Assembly (NCBI GenBank): GCA_046484245.1
Contig: JAWOBN010000076.1
Location: 1-28,119 of the forward strand
Direction: 5' to 3'
Origin: a bacterium
GTDB lineage: Bacteria > Hydrothermota > 32-111
DNA: 28,119 bases
In this document: positions 18,726 to 28,093 of the stretch, piece after piece
Layout of the letters: the number at the start of each line of letters is the position of its first letter
Position numbering within the stretch: position 1 is the first letter of the stretch
Notes under the pieces: model-generated
The model's input: the letters and a program-made list of their open reading frames with translations, nothing else
Databases searched by the model: none
Told to the model about the DNA's origin: nothing
Translations under genes and position numbers: made by a program

Positions 18726-20033
18726 TTACCTCACTTTTCTCGTCGGATACTTATCTTCCCAGTCAAATACAATCTGCGCAACAATATATATGGATGAGTA
18801 TGTACCGATAATCACTCCGATTATAAGTGCAAATGCAAAGTCATTGATAACTGCTCCTCCGAAGATATACAGTGCAATCAGTACGATGAGAGTTGTGAGT
18901 GATGTGATTATTGTACGGGACATTGTCTGATTGAGTGATATATTGATAATATCTCCGAATGACTTCTTTCTGAGGAGCTTCTTATTCTCCCTTATCCTGT
19001 CTGAAATAACAATGGAGTCATTGATTGAATAACCTATCAGTGTGAGTATTGCAGCAATGATCGGTATTGTAATCTCTTTATTGGTTACTGCAAATATGCC
19101 GAGTGTTATCAGCACATCATGGAACAGGGCAATAATTGCAGCTACACCGAAGCGGAATGTGAATCTTATCCAGACATAGACGAGTATGCCGGCAAGACCT
19201 ATGAGCACGACCCACAGTGATTTTTTCTGTAATTCCTTTGAGAATGTGGGACCCACTATTTCCTCTCTGTCAATTCTCACATTTGTATCGGGGAATTTAT
19301 TCTTCAGTGCATTGATAAGACCTGTTGTCGGGGAGAATTCCGATTGTGCTGTCTCCTTTAACTTATAGTCCGGCTTCTCAAAATCGGGGATTATGCCTTC
19401 ACTCGGTTCATCACTCTCAGACACCTGAATTCTTATCTCTCTTTCAGGTCCCCTGTTGTCATTGTAATCCACTGCAAATGCCCTTATTGTAATGACAGTG
19501 TCCTCTGTAAAGCGGTCCACAGACAGAGTGAATCTGCCGCTCTCTTCATTATTATCATATTTGTCATCAGCACTGACAGGCTGAATTTCATCGTAGAAAT
19601 CAGCATCAACAAAAATATTCTTTACAGATGATTCCTTGTCATATGCAGTAAGTCGCACTGCAACCTGATCCTCGCCTGCAGTGGGATTGGGGTAAGTTGA
19701 GTATCTCACTATCTCAGGACCCAGTGTGTCCGCCTGTTTTTCAATATCACCCTGGAATGTGATGAGATAATCATTGGCAGTTCCGTATCTCTGGATAATG
19801 GAATTCTCATAGCCCTGTGATATGACAGCATCCCTTATCTCTGAGACAGGGACCTGTTTGTCAAAATGAGCCTGAATGACAATACCGCCTGTGAAATCAA
19901 TACCATAGCGCATACCGCCTCTTGCAACCATTGCAAGGAGACCTATCAGTATCAGGACTGCGGAAATGATGTATGTGACCTTTCTGTGGCCTACAAATTC
20001 TATTTTAGGTAACTTGATATTCTTCAGTGACAT
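18726..20033 (-). CDS. secF: Protein translocase subunit SecF with an inserted periplasmic domain
   Basis: GIDFTGG, VGPTFSKEL, HDVLITLG, GYSINDSIVISDRIREN, GTYSSIY. Confidence 0.96.
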   Translation of the reverse strand: MSLKNIKLPKIEFVGHRKVTYIISAVLILIGLLAMVARGGMRYGIDFTGGIVIQAHFDKQVPVSEIRDAVISQGYENSIIQRYGTANDYLITFQGDIEKQADTLGPEIVRYSTYPNPTAGEDQVAVRLTAYDKESSVKNIFVDADFYDEIQPVSADDKYDNNEESGRFTLSVDRFTEDTVITIRAFAVDYNDNRGPEREIRIQVSESDEPSEGIIPDFEKPDYKLKETAQSEFSPTTGLINALKNKFPDTNVRIDREEIVGPTFSKELQKKSLWVVLIGLAGILVYVWIRFTFRFGVAAIIALFHDVLITLGIFAVTNKEITIPIIAAILTLIGYSINDSIVISDRIRENKKLLRKKSFGDIINISLNQTMSRTIITSLTTLIVLIALYIFGGAVINDFAFALIIGVIIGTYSSIYIVAQIVFDWEDKYPTRKVR

Positions 20034-20043
20034 TCATTCCTCC

Positions 20044-21579
20044 TTATATCCTGATATTCTTGACATTCTTATTTCTTGTTAACAAATCAAATACAAGGCG
20101 TGTGACAACAATTGCTGTAAAGAAACTCACAACAATACCGATACCCAGTGTAATGGCAAATCCCTTTATGGGGCCTGTGCCGAACCAGTAGAGTATCAGT
20201 GCTGTGATGAATGTTGTGACATTTGCGTCAAGTATTGCTGTAAATGCCTTGGAATATCCGCTTGATATTGCTGTTCTGACTGTCTTGCCGTATTTCATCT
20301 CTTCTCTTATTCTTTCAAATATCAGCACATTGGCGTCAACAGCTGTGCCTATAATCAAAACAATACCCGCCATTCCGGGTAGTGTCAGTGTTGCACCGAA
20401 CAGAGACAGTATGGCAAGCAGTATAACAAGATTCAGCACAAGTGCGAAATCTGCAATAAATCCGGACCAGAAATAATAGATGCCCATAAAGGCCAGTACC
20501 AGCAGAAGACCCCATATTATGGATTTGACACCCTGTTTGATTGAGTCAGAACCGAGTGTCGGTCCTACTGAGCGCTCTTCAATTATTCTCACCGGAGCAG
20601 GCAATGCGCCTGCTTTGAGAATAATGGATAGATCCTTGGCATCTTCAATTGTTGAATTACCCATAGTTATCTGTGTATTGCCGGAGGGTATCCTCTCCTG
20701 CACAACAGGAGCTGACATGACCCTGTTGTCCAGAACAAATGCAATTCTCTTTCCGACATTGGAACCTGTGATGGATGCCCACTGGGACCGCGCGTCCCTT
20801 GTCATGACAAGGTCAACCTTCACTCCCATGGGATTATTCTGTGTTCCGGTGCCTGCTCTTGCCTCCAGTATTGCATCGCCCTTGAGCACAGCATTCTTCT
20901 GTATAAAGAAAAGCGGTCTCTTGGCAACACCCTCTTTATCCGATTCCCTGCCCCAGAGGACAGTAAAACCGGCAGGAAGGATGCTTCTGAATGCCTTGGA
21001 TTTAACAACAGAATCTATGACAGCATAATTCTCCGGATAGACAAAGAAATCATATCCATTGAAATCAATCATACCTGCAATACCCATTGCAAGCGAATCC
21101 TGTTTATATGCATTCTCATCATACTGGGTTAAGATCTCCTGGAATTTCTCATTACTGCCCAAAATCCTGAATTCAAGCTGGGCTGTCTTGCCTATGAGAT
21201 CCTTTGCCCTCTGTCTGTCCACAACACCGGGGAGTTTGATTGATATTCTATTCTCCCCCATTTTCTCCACCCGGGGTTCGGAAACACCGAATTGGTCTAT
21301 TCTGTTCCTGATTATCTCCAATGCCCTGTCAACAGCGCCCCTGGACTGCTCGGGAGACAGATTGGATTTATCCACTTCAAGGATTATATTCATACCCCCC
21401 TGGAGGTCCAGACCGAGCTTCAATGCTTTATCCTTCATCCTGTCCAGTTCATTGGGGGCCATGGTGATTTTCTTCTCTTCAGTAAGAGTGTAGTATGAAA
21501 ATGTGTAGTACAGCTGAACAAGTGCCAGCACAATAACTACAAGTACAATTAATATACGCCACTTCATGCCTGTGCGCAT
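20044..21579 (-). CDS. secD: Protein translocase subunit SecD
   Basis: LGLDLQGG, RNRIDQFGVSEP, KAGALPAP, VGPTLG, AVDANVLIFERIREE, ILDANVTT. Confidence 0.97.
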   Translation of the reverse strand: MRTGMKWRILIVLVVIVLALVQLYYTFSYYTLTEEKKITMAPNELDRMKDKALKLGLDLQGGMNIILEVDKSNLSPEQSRGAVDRALEIIRNRIDQFGVSEPRVEKMGENRISIKLPGVVDRQRAKDLIGKTAQLEFRILGSNEKFQEILTQYDENAYKQDSLAMGIAGMIDFNGYDFFVYPENYAVIDSVVKSKAFRSILPAGFTVLWGRESDKEGVAKRPLFFIQKNAVLKGDAILEARAGTGTQNNPMGVKVDLVMTRDARSQWASITGSNVGKRIAFVLDNRVMSAPVVQERIPSGNTQITMGNSTIEDAKDLSIILKAGALPAPVRIIEERSVGPTLGSDSIKQGVKSIIWGLLLVLAFMGIYYFWSGFIADFALVLNLVILLAILSLFGATLTLPGMAGIVLIIGTAVDANVLIFERIREEMKYGKTVRTAISSGYSKAFTAILDANVTTFITALILYWFGTGPIKGFAITLGIGIVVSFFTAIVVTRLVFDLLTRNKNVKNIRI

Positions 21580-21616
21580 CCGGTCCTCCTTTAATAAGTA
21601 TTTCTATAATTAAATA

Positions 21617-21645
21617 AAATTATCATATATGCATTGTTTTGTCAA
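21617..21645 (-). promoter_or_regulatory. Putative secD promoter
   Basis: On the - strand TTGACA (21645-21640) followed by TGATAATTT in AT-rich DNA; AAGGAGG RBS before ATG 21579. Confidence 0.45.
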
Positions 21646-21736
21646 CATTCTACTGTATAAATAAATTATATCAAGAACATCGTTATTCCTCAAAAATAAA
21701 GTACTTGAAAGACCTATGTTTCCACATAAATAATAA

Positions 21737-21821
21737 TGAGGCGGGGACAGTTCTCAGAAAGCACCTTTGCCAACCCGTGCATAACCGGTAATTCGGTGCT
21801 GATGAGAATGTGTGAGCCTCA
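21737..21821 (+). ncRNA. Candidate structured RNA (long imperfect hairpin), family unassigned
   Basis: Nested stems TGAGGC/GCCTCA, TTCTCA/TGAGAA, AGCACC/GGTGCT and TTGCC/GGTAA; GC-rich island in AT-rich intergenic DNA. Confidence 0.4.
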
Positions 21822-22188
21822 CAGTCAGTACATCAATCGCTATGCTCAATGCTTTTTTGTTAAGAAAACAAACATTACATAATAATCATATTCAGTGACT
21901 TTCTCTTATGAGGAAAGACGGAACATCTGCCTTCAATAAGAAAGTGATTGTCAGTAAAATAATCCAATAATCTATTCTGACAGCATACTCATCCCCTTTT
22001 TTGTCAAAACAACAATTCATCGCAATGCGTGATGCGGTTCTTCCATGATTTTCTTCTATCCTCTTCTTTTACTGTCTGTTCTGCTCATTCTTGTATTCAT
22101 GTTTTCCATTATCCTTTTCCCGTCTCCAATGCAGTATATGTTTTCCCTGAAGGGGGATTTGTTTTTATTTAAATTTATAAATTTCATG

Positions 22189-22216
22189 TTGACACAAATT
22201 ACTAAGACCATATAAT
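22189..22216 (+). promoter_or_regulatory. Consensus sigma70 promoter of the SSS-oxidoreductase operon
   Basis: TTGACA (22189-22194), 16-bp spacer, TATAAT (22211-22216); AGGAG RBS before ATG 22247. Confidence 0.8.
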
Positions 22217-22246
22217 CCGAAATTATAAGATTTTACAGGAGTTAAT

Positions 22247-23698
22247 ATGAATATATACACAATTATAATCACGGTTTACTTTGCAGGAGTGGTACTTGTT
22301 TCACTGCTGACAAAGAGGATGGCAAGCAAGTCATCATCGGATTTTCTCATTGCAGGCAGGAATCTCGGAGTAATGGTCTGTGCTGTTGTTGTAGCTTCAG
22401 AATGGCTCGGCGGCATGAGTACAATAGGTGTCAGTGAAAGGGCATTCACAAGCGGCACACTCCAGCCCATTCTGTATAATATTGCCACATCCCTGGGAAT
22501 GATCATTATAGGATTCTCAGTTGCATTCCATTACAGGACAAGGAATGTCCATACTGTAAGCGAGATGCTAGAACATCTTTTCGGCAAACGCGCGGGCATT
22601 GTCTCTGCATCCGCTTTTCTCATTGCATACATTATACTTGCCTATGTGCAGATTCAGACATGCGCCAGTGTCATTGCACCGCTCTTTAATATTGACTGGC
22701 TTCAGGCAGTCCTCATATCATCCGTGATAATCACCATATACACCTATGTGGGGGGCATGTATGCTCTATCCATTACAGGTGTGATTCATGTAATTACCAT
22801 GTTCACCGGTCTGGGTATTGCCCTGATTGTCGGACTGGGCAAACTGGGCGGATTTTCCGGACTTCATTCACATCTCACTGCAGTCGGCTCACCGGACAAT
22901 CTATTCAATCCGTTCAGCGGCGGTCTCTCAGCAGCATTCAGTCTGCTTCTGGGCGGTGTTCTGGGCGGCATGGCGGGCCAGGCAAGCATACAGCCGATTT
23001 TCGCTGCAAAGAATCCGGCAACAGCCAAGAAAGCGGCAATTGTCTCTTCCCTGATAATAGCTCCATTCGGTTTTATAATAGGCAATCTCGGGCTGATTGC
23101 AAAGACAGGGCAGTTCTTTGATACAGCAGGCATCAATCCCAAAATGGCACTTCCCACACTGCTCACCACATCCTCATTCATACATCCTGTTCTGGGCGGC
23201 ATTGCACTGGCAGGCATTATAGCGGCAATTCTGTCAACAGTGGGTCCTGTTAATTTCGCTGTTGTGACAATCGGCACAAAGGATGTGTATCAGATATTCT
23301 TCAATAAATCAGGTGATGACAGGCAGATTCTGAGAATGGCGAAGAATTTTGTCATACTCGTCAATGTCATAACAATACCGCTCGCCATAATATTCAGGGG
23401 CGGCATACTGGATATGGCTTATGTGTCTTATGCAATAAGGGGTATTGGAGCCATTGTCATTATTATGGGCATATACAGAAGAAAATGGATAACAGTTACA
23501 GGTGTCCGATGGGCTTTCATAGGAGGCACAATTGTCATATTCATATGCCTCATAGCCCAGCATTACGGATGGTTCTATATTGACAAGACATACGGGGCTA
23601 TTGTATCAGCACTGATATTCATTACACTGGGCACCTTATGGGACAAGATAAAGAAAAATCCGGACATACTGCCGGAAGAGGGGAATCATGAAGAATAA
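22247..23698 (+). CDS. Sodium:solute symporter (SSS) family protein
   Basis: DFLIAGRNLG, ASEWLGG, TVSEMLE..FG, YTYVGGM, AAILST; about 13 TM segments. Confidence 0.92.
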   Translation: MNIYTIIITVYFAGVVLVSLLTKRMASKSSSDFLIAGRNLGVMVCAVVVASEWLGGMSTIGVSERAFTSGTLQPILYNIATSLGMIIIGFSVAFHYRTRNVHTVSEMLEHLFGKRAGIVSASAFLIAYIILAYVQIQTCASVIAPLFNIDWLQAVLISSVIITIYTYVGGMYALSITGVIHVITMFTGLGIALIVGLGKLGGFSGLHSHLTAVGSPDNLFNPFSGGLSAAFSLLLGGVLGGMAGQASIQPIFAAKNPATAKKAAIVSSLIIAPFGFIIGNLGLIAKTGQFFDTAGINPKMALPTLLTTSSFIHPVLGGIALAGIIAAILSTVGPVNFAVVTIGTKDVYQIFFNKSGDDRQILRMAKNFVILVNVITIPLAIIFRGGILDMAYVSYAIRGIGAIVIIMGIYRRKWITVTGVRWAFIGGTIVIFICLIAQHYGWFYIDKTYGAIVSALIFITLGTLWDKIKKNPDILPEEGNHEE

Positions 23699-24806
23699 GA
23701 AAAAAAATGTTCTGATAAACGGCTCGCGCCTCATAACAGAATCACTGGCGCGTTCAGGTGCTGATGCATTTGTCGGGTATCCGATAACACCTGCCAATTA
23801 TCTCTATCTCTACAGTACACAGAGAATGCCGGAGGTCTATCATGCACCTGATGAAATAACAACACTTCAGTGGATGGCGGGTCTTGCCTCAACAGGCAAA
23901 CTGCCTGTAACAGCAACATCCTTCCCGGGATTTGCACTGATGGTGGAATCCATCAATATGGCATATATGATGGAACTGCCCATGGTCATCATACTGGTAC
24001 AGCGTTTGGGTCCGTCAACAGGCACTGCGACATGCGGTGCCCAGGGGGATATTTCACTTATCAATGGACTGATATCAGGCGGATATCCTGTTCCCGCATT
24101 CTCCATGTCAGATTTCAATGACTGCTGGACACTCCCTGCACTTGCTGCCGAAACAGCAGTGAAACTCCGGACTCCTGTTGTACTCCTCACATCCAAGGAA
24201 ATGGTCAGAACATCAAGGAGCTTTGATATTGATTCACTGGCATCACTTGAACCGGTCAAGAGGGAATTCTATTCCCTCAGTGAGAAATTCAAGCCCTATC
24301 ACCCGGAGGCAAATGATGTGCCCCTGATGCTTCCGCTGGGTTCAGATGAACATCAGGTGCGGTTCACTGCATCCACACATAATGAAGAGGGCCTGCTTCA
24401 GCATTCCTCTCCCGAGGTGCTGGCAAATACGAGACGACTGGACAGAAAGATGAAATCCAATCTCAATGATTATCTTCAATATGAATATGATAAGGGCAGT
24501 GACCCCGATACAATAATCCTGTCATACGGCATCAGTGCTGTCAGTGCAAGAGAGGCAGTCAAGGAGATAAGGACTGACAGGGATATCTCACTGCTCATAG
24601 CAAAGACAATGCTGCCTGTGCCTGATGTCTATTACAGCATACTGGAGAAATACAGGAATATCGTCATAGCTGAGGAGAATCTCAATGGGCTTTACAGTGA
24701 AATACTTTTCGGCAAGAAGAGACCGGCAAATGTCCACTGTGTCAATTCAATAGGTTCAATGGTCTCTTCCAAACAGATAATTGAGGGGGTTGAGTCATAT
24801 GAGTAA
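23688..24806 (+). CDS. 2-oxoacid:ferredoxin oxidoreductase alpha subunit
   Basis: GYPITPA, DEI, TATSFPGFALMVE, ELPMVI..VQRLGPSTG, QGD, EEN. Confidence 0.9.
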   Translation: MKNKKKNVLINGSRLITESLARSGADAFVGYPITPANYLYLYSTQRMPEVYHAPDEITTLQWMAGLASTGKLPVTATSFPGFALMVESINMAYMMELPMVIILVQRLGPSTGTATCGAQGDISLINGLISGGYPVPAFSMSDFNDCWTLPALAAETAVKLRTPVVLLTSKEMVRTSRSFDIDSLASLEPVKREFYSLSEKFKPYHPEANDVPLMLPLGSDEHQVRFTASTHNEEGLLQHSSPEVLANTRRLDRKMKSNLNDYLQYEYDKGSDPDTIILSYGISAVSAREAVKEIRTDRDISLLIAKTMLPVPDVYYSILEKYRNIVIAEENLNGLYSEILFGKKRPANVHCVNSIGSMVSSKQIIEGVESYE

Positions 24807-26070
24807 GAAATTCCTTAATTCACAAGATCTGCCATTCTGCAGGGGCTGCGGGCATAATCTCATATCAAAGAATGTGGAACAGGCTCTGGATTCAATGGGC
24901 TTTGACCCTCTGGATATCATACTTGTCACAGATATCGGCTGTCACGGCATTATAGACAGATATGTCAATTCGCATACTGTTCACGGACTTCACGGACGGT
25001 CTGTGGCATTGGCAACAGGTATTGCCCTGGGCATGAAGAACAGGGACAAGAAGATCATTGTCTTTATTGGTGACGGGGGTGTCACAATTGGACTTCAGCA
25101 TATACTTGAAGCAATAAGGAAGAACATAGACATTACTGTTATTGTGCATAATAATATGCTGTACGGAATGACAGGCGGACAGGCAAGCGGACTGACTCCC
25201 GGTTGTTTCAATACAACCACAACACCTGAAGGCAGTGGAATGAATAATTATGATATATGCGCATTTGCCCGTATTTCCAATGCAGCTTATGTCTCAAGGA
25301 CAGTGGTTACAGGTGATTTTGCAGACAATATTGCAGAGGGCATCAAGACAGAGGGATTCTCCCTCATTGAAGCAGTGGAACTGTGCCCCAGCTACGGCAT
25401 CAAGATGAACAGGGGCATGAAGGTGAAGAATCTTATTGAAGATTCCGGGCAGGAACTCGGTGTCTGGAAGAATGAGAATGCTGTGAAGAGACCTGTAGCC
25501 CAGACCGGTGTAACAGGAGATCTCCTTGGGGAGATTGATTCAATTGACCCAGAGTACAGTTCTTCAATCAAGGAACCGATGTCTGTTGTTCTATCCGGTT
25601 CAGCCGGTGAAGCAGTACAGACAGCTGCCAATTATTTCTCCGAAGGTGCTCTATCATCCGGTCTCTCTGTCAATCAGAGGGGCAGTTATCCTGTTACAGT
25701 GGGAGTCGGATTCTCCAGTTCGGAAATCATTGTTTCACCCGGCGCCAAATGTCCTTATTACAAGGATGAAACCGATGTTATTATTGTCACTTCCCCGGAA
25801 GGACTTAGTTACAGCAAGAAGAAGATTGAGCAGTTCAGGGGTACCCTGATAATTGACAAGAGCCTGGATATACCCGAGACAGATGCTGAGGTTCACACCC
25901 GTGATTTCAGGGGAATGGGTGCGCGGAATGCTGCAATGTACTCTGTTTTCTATATGCTCAGTTCAATGGGCATATACCCTGTTGAAGCATTGGAAAAAAG
26001 GGTGCGGCCCCTCTCGGAGAAATACAGGATTCCGCTTGACGATATGCTGGACAGTCTTTCACTGTCCTGA
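24799..26070 (+). CDS. 2-oxoacid:ferredoxin oxidoreductase fused beta (TPP-binding) + gamma subunit
   Basis: FCRGCGH, DIGC, HGLHGR, GDG..NNMLYGMTGGQ, ELCP; then gamma-like LSGSAGEAVQ...SY...GFSSSEIIVS; start at ATG 24799 after GAGGGG. Confidence 0.9.
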   Translation: MSKKFLNSQDLPFCRGCGHNLISKNVEQALDSMGFDPLDIILVTDIGCHGIIDRYVNSHTVHGLHGRSVALATGIALGMKNRDKKIIVFIGDGGVTIGLQHILEAIRKNIDITVIVHNNMLYGMTGGQASGLTPGCFNTTTTPEGSGMNNYDICAFARISNAAYVSRTVVTGDFADNIAEGIKTEGFSLIEAVELCPSYGIKMNRGMKVKNLIEDSGQELGVWKNENAVKRPVAQTGVTGDLLGEIDSIDPEYSSSIKEPMSVVLSGSAGEAVQTAANYFSEGALSSGLSVNQRGSYPVTVGVGFSSSEIIVSPGAKCPYYKDETDVIIVTSPEGLSYSKKKIEQFRGTLIIDKSLDIPETDAEVHTRDFRGMGARNAAMYSVFYMLSSMGIYPVEALEKRVRPLSEKYRIPLDDMLDSLSLS

Positions 26071-26075
26071 GCAGA

Positions 26076-26990
26076 TTATTTTATCTCTTCTGCAATGAGT
26101 CTTGCCATTATTACGGAATTGAAGCGCCTGTGAGCAGAATCAGACCTTGAGTTGAGGACAACAGGCACTGAAGCTCCCATTACAAGGCCGCCGGAATCAG
26201 CAAGACCGTTAATCTTATATGCCTTGCCCAGTATATTGCCTGTTTCAAGAGACGGCATGAGAAGCAGGTCAGGGTCACCGGAGACCTCAGATTCAAAACC
26301 CTTTCTCTCTGCTGATTTCTTGTCCATAGCAGTATCATAGGAAAGAGGCCCGTCAATAATAAAATCCTCAATCTGCCCCCTCTGGGTCATCTTGGACAGA
26401 TGAGCAGCATCAACAGTTGCCTGCATTGCGGGATTTATCTTCTCAATTGCAGCCAGAGCAGCAACTTTGGGGCTGTCTATTTCAAGCGCTTTCCAGAGAA
26501 TGCGCGTATTCTCAATTATAGTGATCTTTTCACTGAGTGTGGGGATTGGGATTATCGCATTATCCGATACTGCCACTAATTTATGGTATGTGTCCATTTC
26601 AAAGAGAGTGAGATTGGAGAGCACCTTTGATTTCTTTATTCCTCTCTCTGAGTCAAGTATTGCCTTGAGATAAAACACTGTGTCCAGTTTGCCTTTTATC
26701 AGTATGCCCCTGTCAAATCCCTTCACTGCCTTTACTGCATTGAAGGCAGATTCCATGTGGGAAGCAGAATGCACGATTTCATAATCACCGGGATTCTCAT
26801 TTTCTGATTCAAGTAAATTTTTTATAGTGTCACTGTCGCCTGTAAGAACAGGATTGATTATAATGCCTTCCTTCACTGCATTGACAGCTGACCTTATAAC
26901 CTCAATGTCTGCTGCAGATGCTATTGAAGCCCGGACAGGACTCAGTGAGAGCGCCTTCTGCTTTATCTCATTAAAGCTCTTTATGGACAT
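26076..26990 (-). CDS. ptb: Phosphate butyryltransferase / phosphate acyltransferase
   Basis: LIKGKLDT, PKVAALAAIEKINPAMQATVDA, IDGPLSYD, GDPDLLLMP.LETGNIL.K, SRSD; coupled to buk. Confidence 0.9.
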   Translation of the reverse strand: MSIKSFNEIKQKALSLSPVRASIASAADIEVIRSAVNAVKEGIIINPVLTGDSDTIKNLLESENENPGDYEIVHSASHMESAFNAVKAVKGFDRGILIKGKLDTVFYLKAILDSERGIKKSKVLSNLTLFEMDTYHKLVAVSDNAIIPIPTLSEKITIIENTRILWKALEIDSPKVAALAAIEKINPAMQATVDAAHLSKMTQRGQIEDFIIDGPLSYDTAMDKKSAERKGFESEVSGDPDLLLMPSLETGNILGKAYKINGLADSGGLVMGASVPVVLNSRSDSAHRRFNSVIMARLIAEEIK

Positions 26991-28093
26991 GTTTTATCCC
27001 CCTTTACTTCAACAGGCCACTGCATCGGTGTTTCTTCATTGTTTATAACCCTGAGCACATTCTCTGCAAGTGAGAGGTTTTCATTGCTTCCCGGATACAC
27101 ATGAATATCAGATATTCTTCCCACCCTTTTGTCAATATCACTTACAATCTTCTCTGAGAATGCAAGACCGCCTGTGAGAATAATGCCGTCCATTGAAAAT
27201 TCCAGTACTGAAGCCATTGCTGCAATTGCCTTGCCTATCTGATATATCATTGCATTGTATATCAGTTCTGCATAATCGTCATTATTATCAATTCTCTTCA
27301 ATACTTCCCTTACATCCTTTGTGCCGAGATATGCATAGAGTCCTGCTTCACCGTAGAGTTTCTTCATTATCTCCTTTTTTGTGTACTTGCCCGAGAAGCA
27401 TGCATTGACCAGAGGTATGGGCGGAACACCGCCTGCTCTTTCAGGTGTAAATGCTGCTGTCTCCATTCTATTGTCATTGTCAACAATACTGCCCCCGCAG
27501 AATGCAGCTATTGAAAAGCCGCCGCCCATATGGGCAATCACGCATCTTGTTTCATTAAATGGCTTGCCTATGTCTGAAGCGAATCTCCTTATTGTCGCCC
27601 TTATATTGAGTGCATGGACAAAACTGAAGCGCGGAAAATCCGGTGAACCGGAGATACGGGCAATAGGCGGGAATTCATCCACACCCACAGGGTCCACTAT
27701 ATATGATTTTACACCATAGATATTTGCAGTTCTGAATGCAAGCGGGGCTCCCAGATTGGATGCATGTTCATAAACAGGTGTGTGGAGTGAAAACTGCTCC
27801 AGTTCCTCATTGATCTCAATCACACCGCTCGGCACAGGAGTCAGCATGCCGCCCCTTCCGGCACATGCCAGTATGGTGTCATCACTGTCTGTATGCTTCT
27901 CAATGAACTCTCTCACTATCTCTTCCCTGTAATCAACCTGTGACGCTATACTGTCAAATTGATTGATAATACTGTCAGGATGCTCAATATTCTCATAGGC
28001 AATCTCCTCCAATGCACCCTTCTCTATCCTGTAAAGTGCGCATTTTGTTGTTGTTGCTCCCGGATTGACTGTAAATATGATTTTAGAAGCCAT
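26981..28093 (-). CDS. buk: Butyrate (branched-chain carboxylate) kinase
   Basis: NPGATTTK, GRGG, HASNLGA, VDPV.VDE, HALN, AHMGGGFS, FTPERAG, ILTGG. Confidence 0.93.
   Translation of the reverse strand: MASKIIFTVNPGATTTKCALYRIEKGALEEIAYENIEHPDSIINQFDSIASQVDYREEIVREFIEKHTDSDDTILACAGRGGMLTPVPSGVIEINEELEQFSLHTPVYEHASNLGAPLAFRTANIYGVKSYIVDPVGVDEFPPIARISGSPDFPRFSFVHALNIRATIRRFASDIGKPFNETRCVIAHMGGGFSIAAFCGGSIVDNDNRMETAAFTPERAGGVPPIPLVNACFSGKYTKKEIMKKLYGEAGLYAYLGTKDVREVLKRIDNNDDYAELIYNAMIYQIGKAIAAMASVLEFSMDGIILTGGLAFSEKIVSDIDKRVGRISDIHVYPGSNENLSLAENVLRVINNEETPMQWPVEVKGDKTCP

Noticed and set aside
21751..21808. Canonical hammerhead ribozyme
   Set aside because: GAAA and CTGATGA are present, but the U16.1-H17 site and the stem II junction do not fit without insertions; kept only as an unassigned RNA candidate.
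21889..21945. glnA riboswitch or RNase P-like words (GAGGAAAGACGGAA)
   Set aside because: Only a short word matches; the other required conserved segments are missing.
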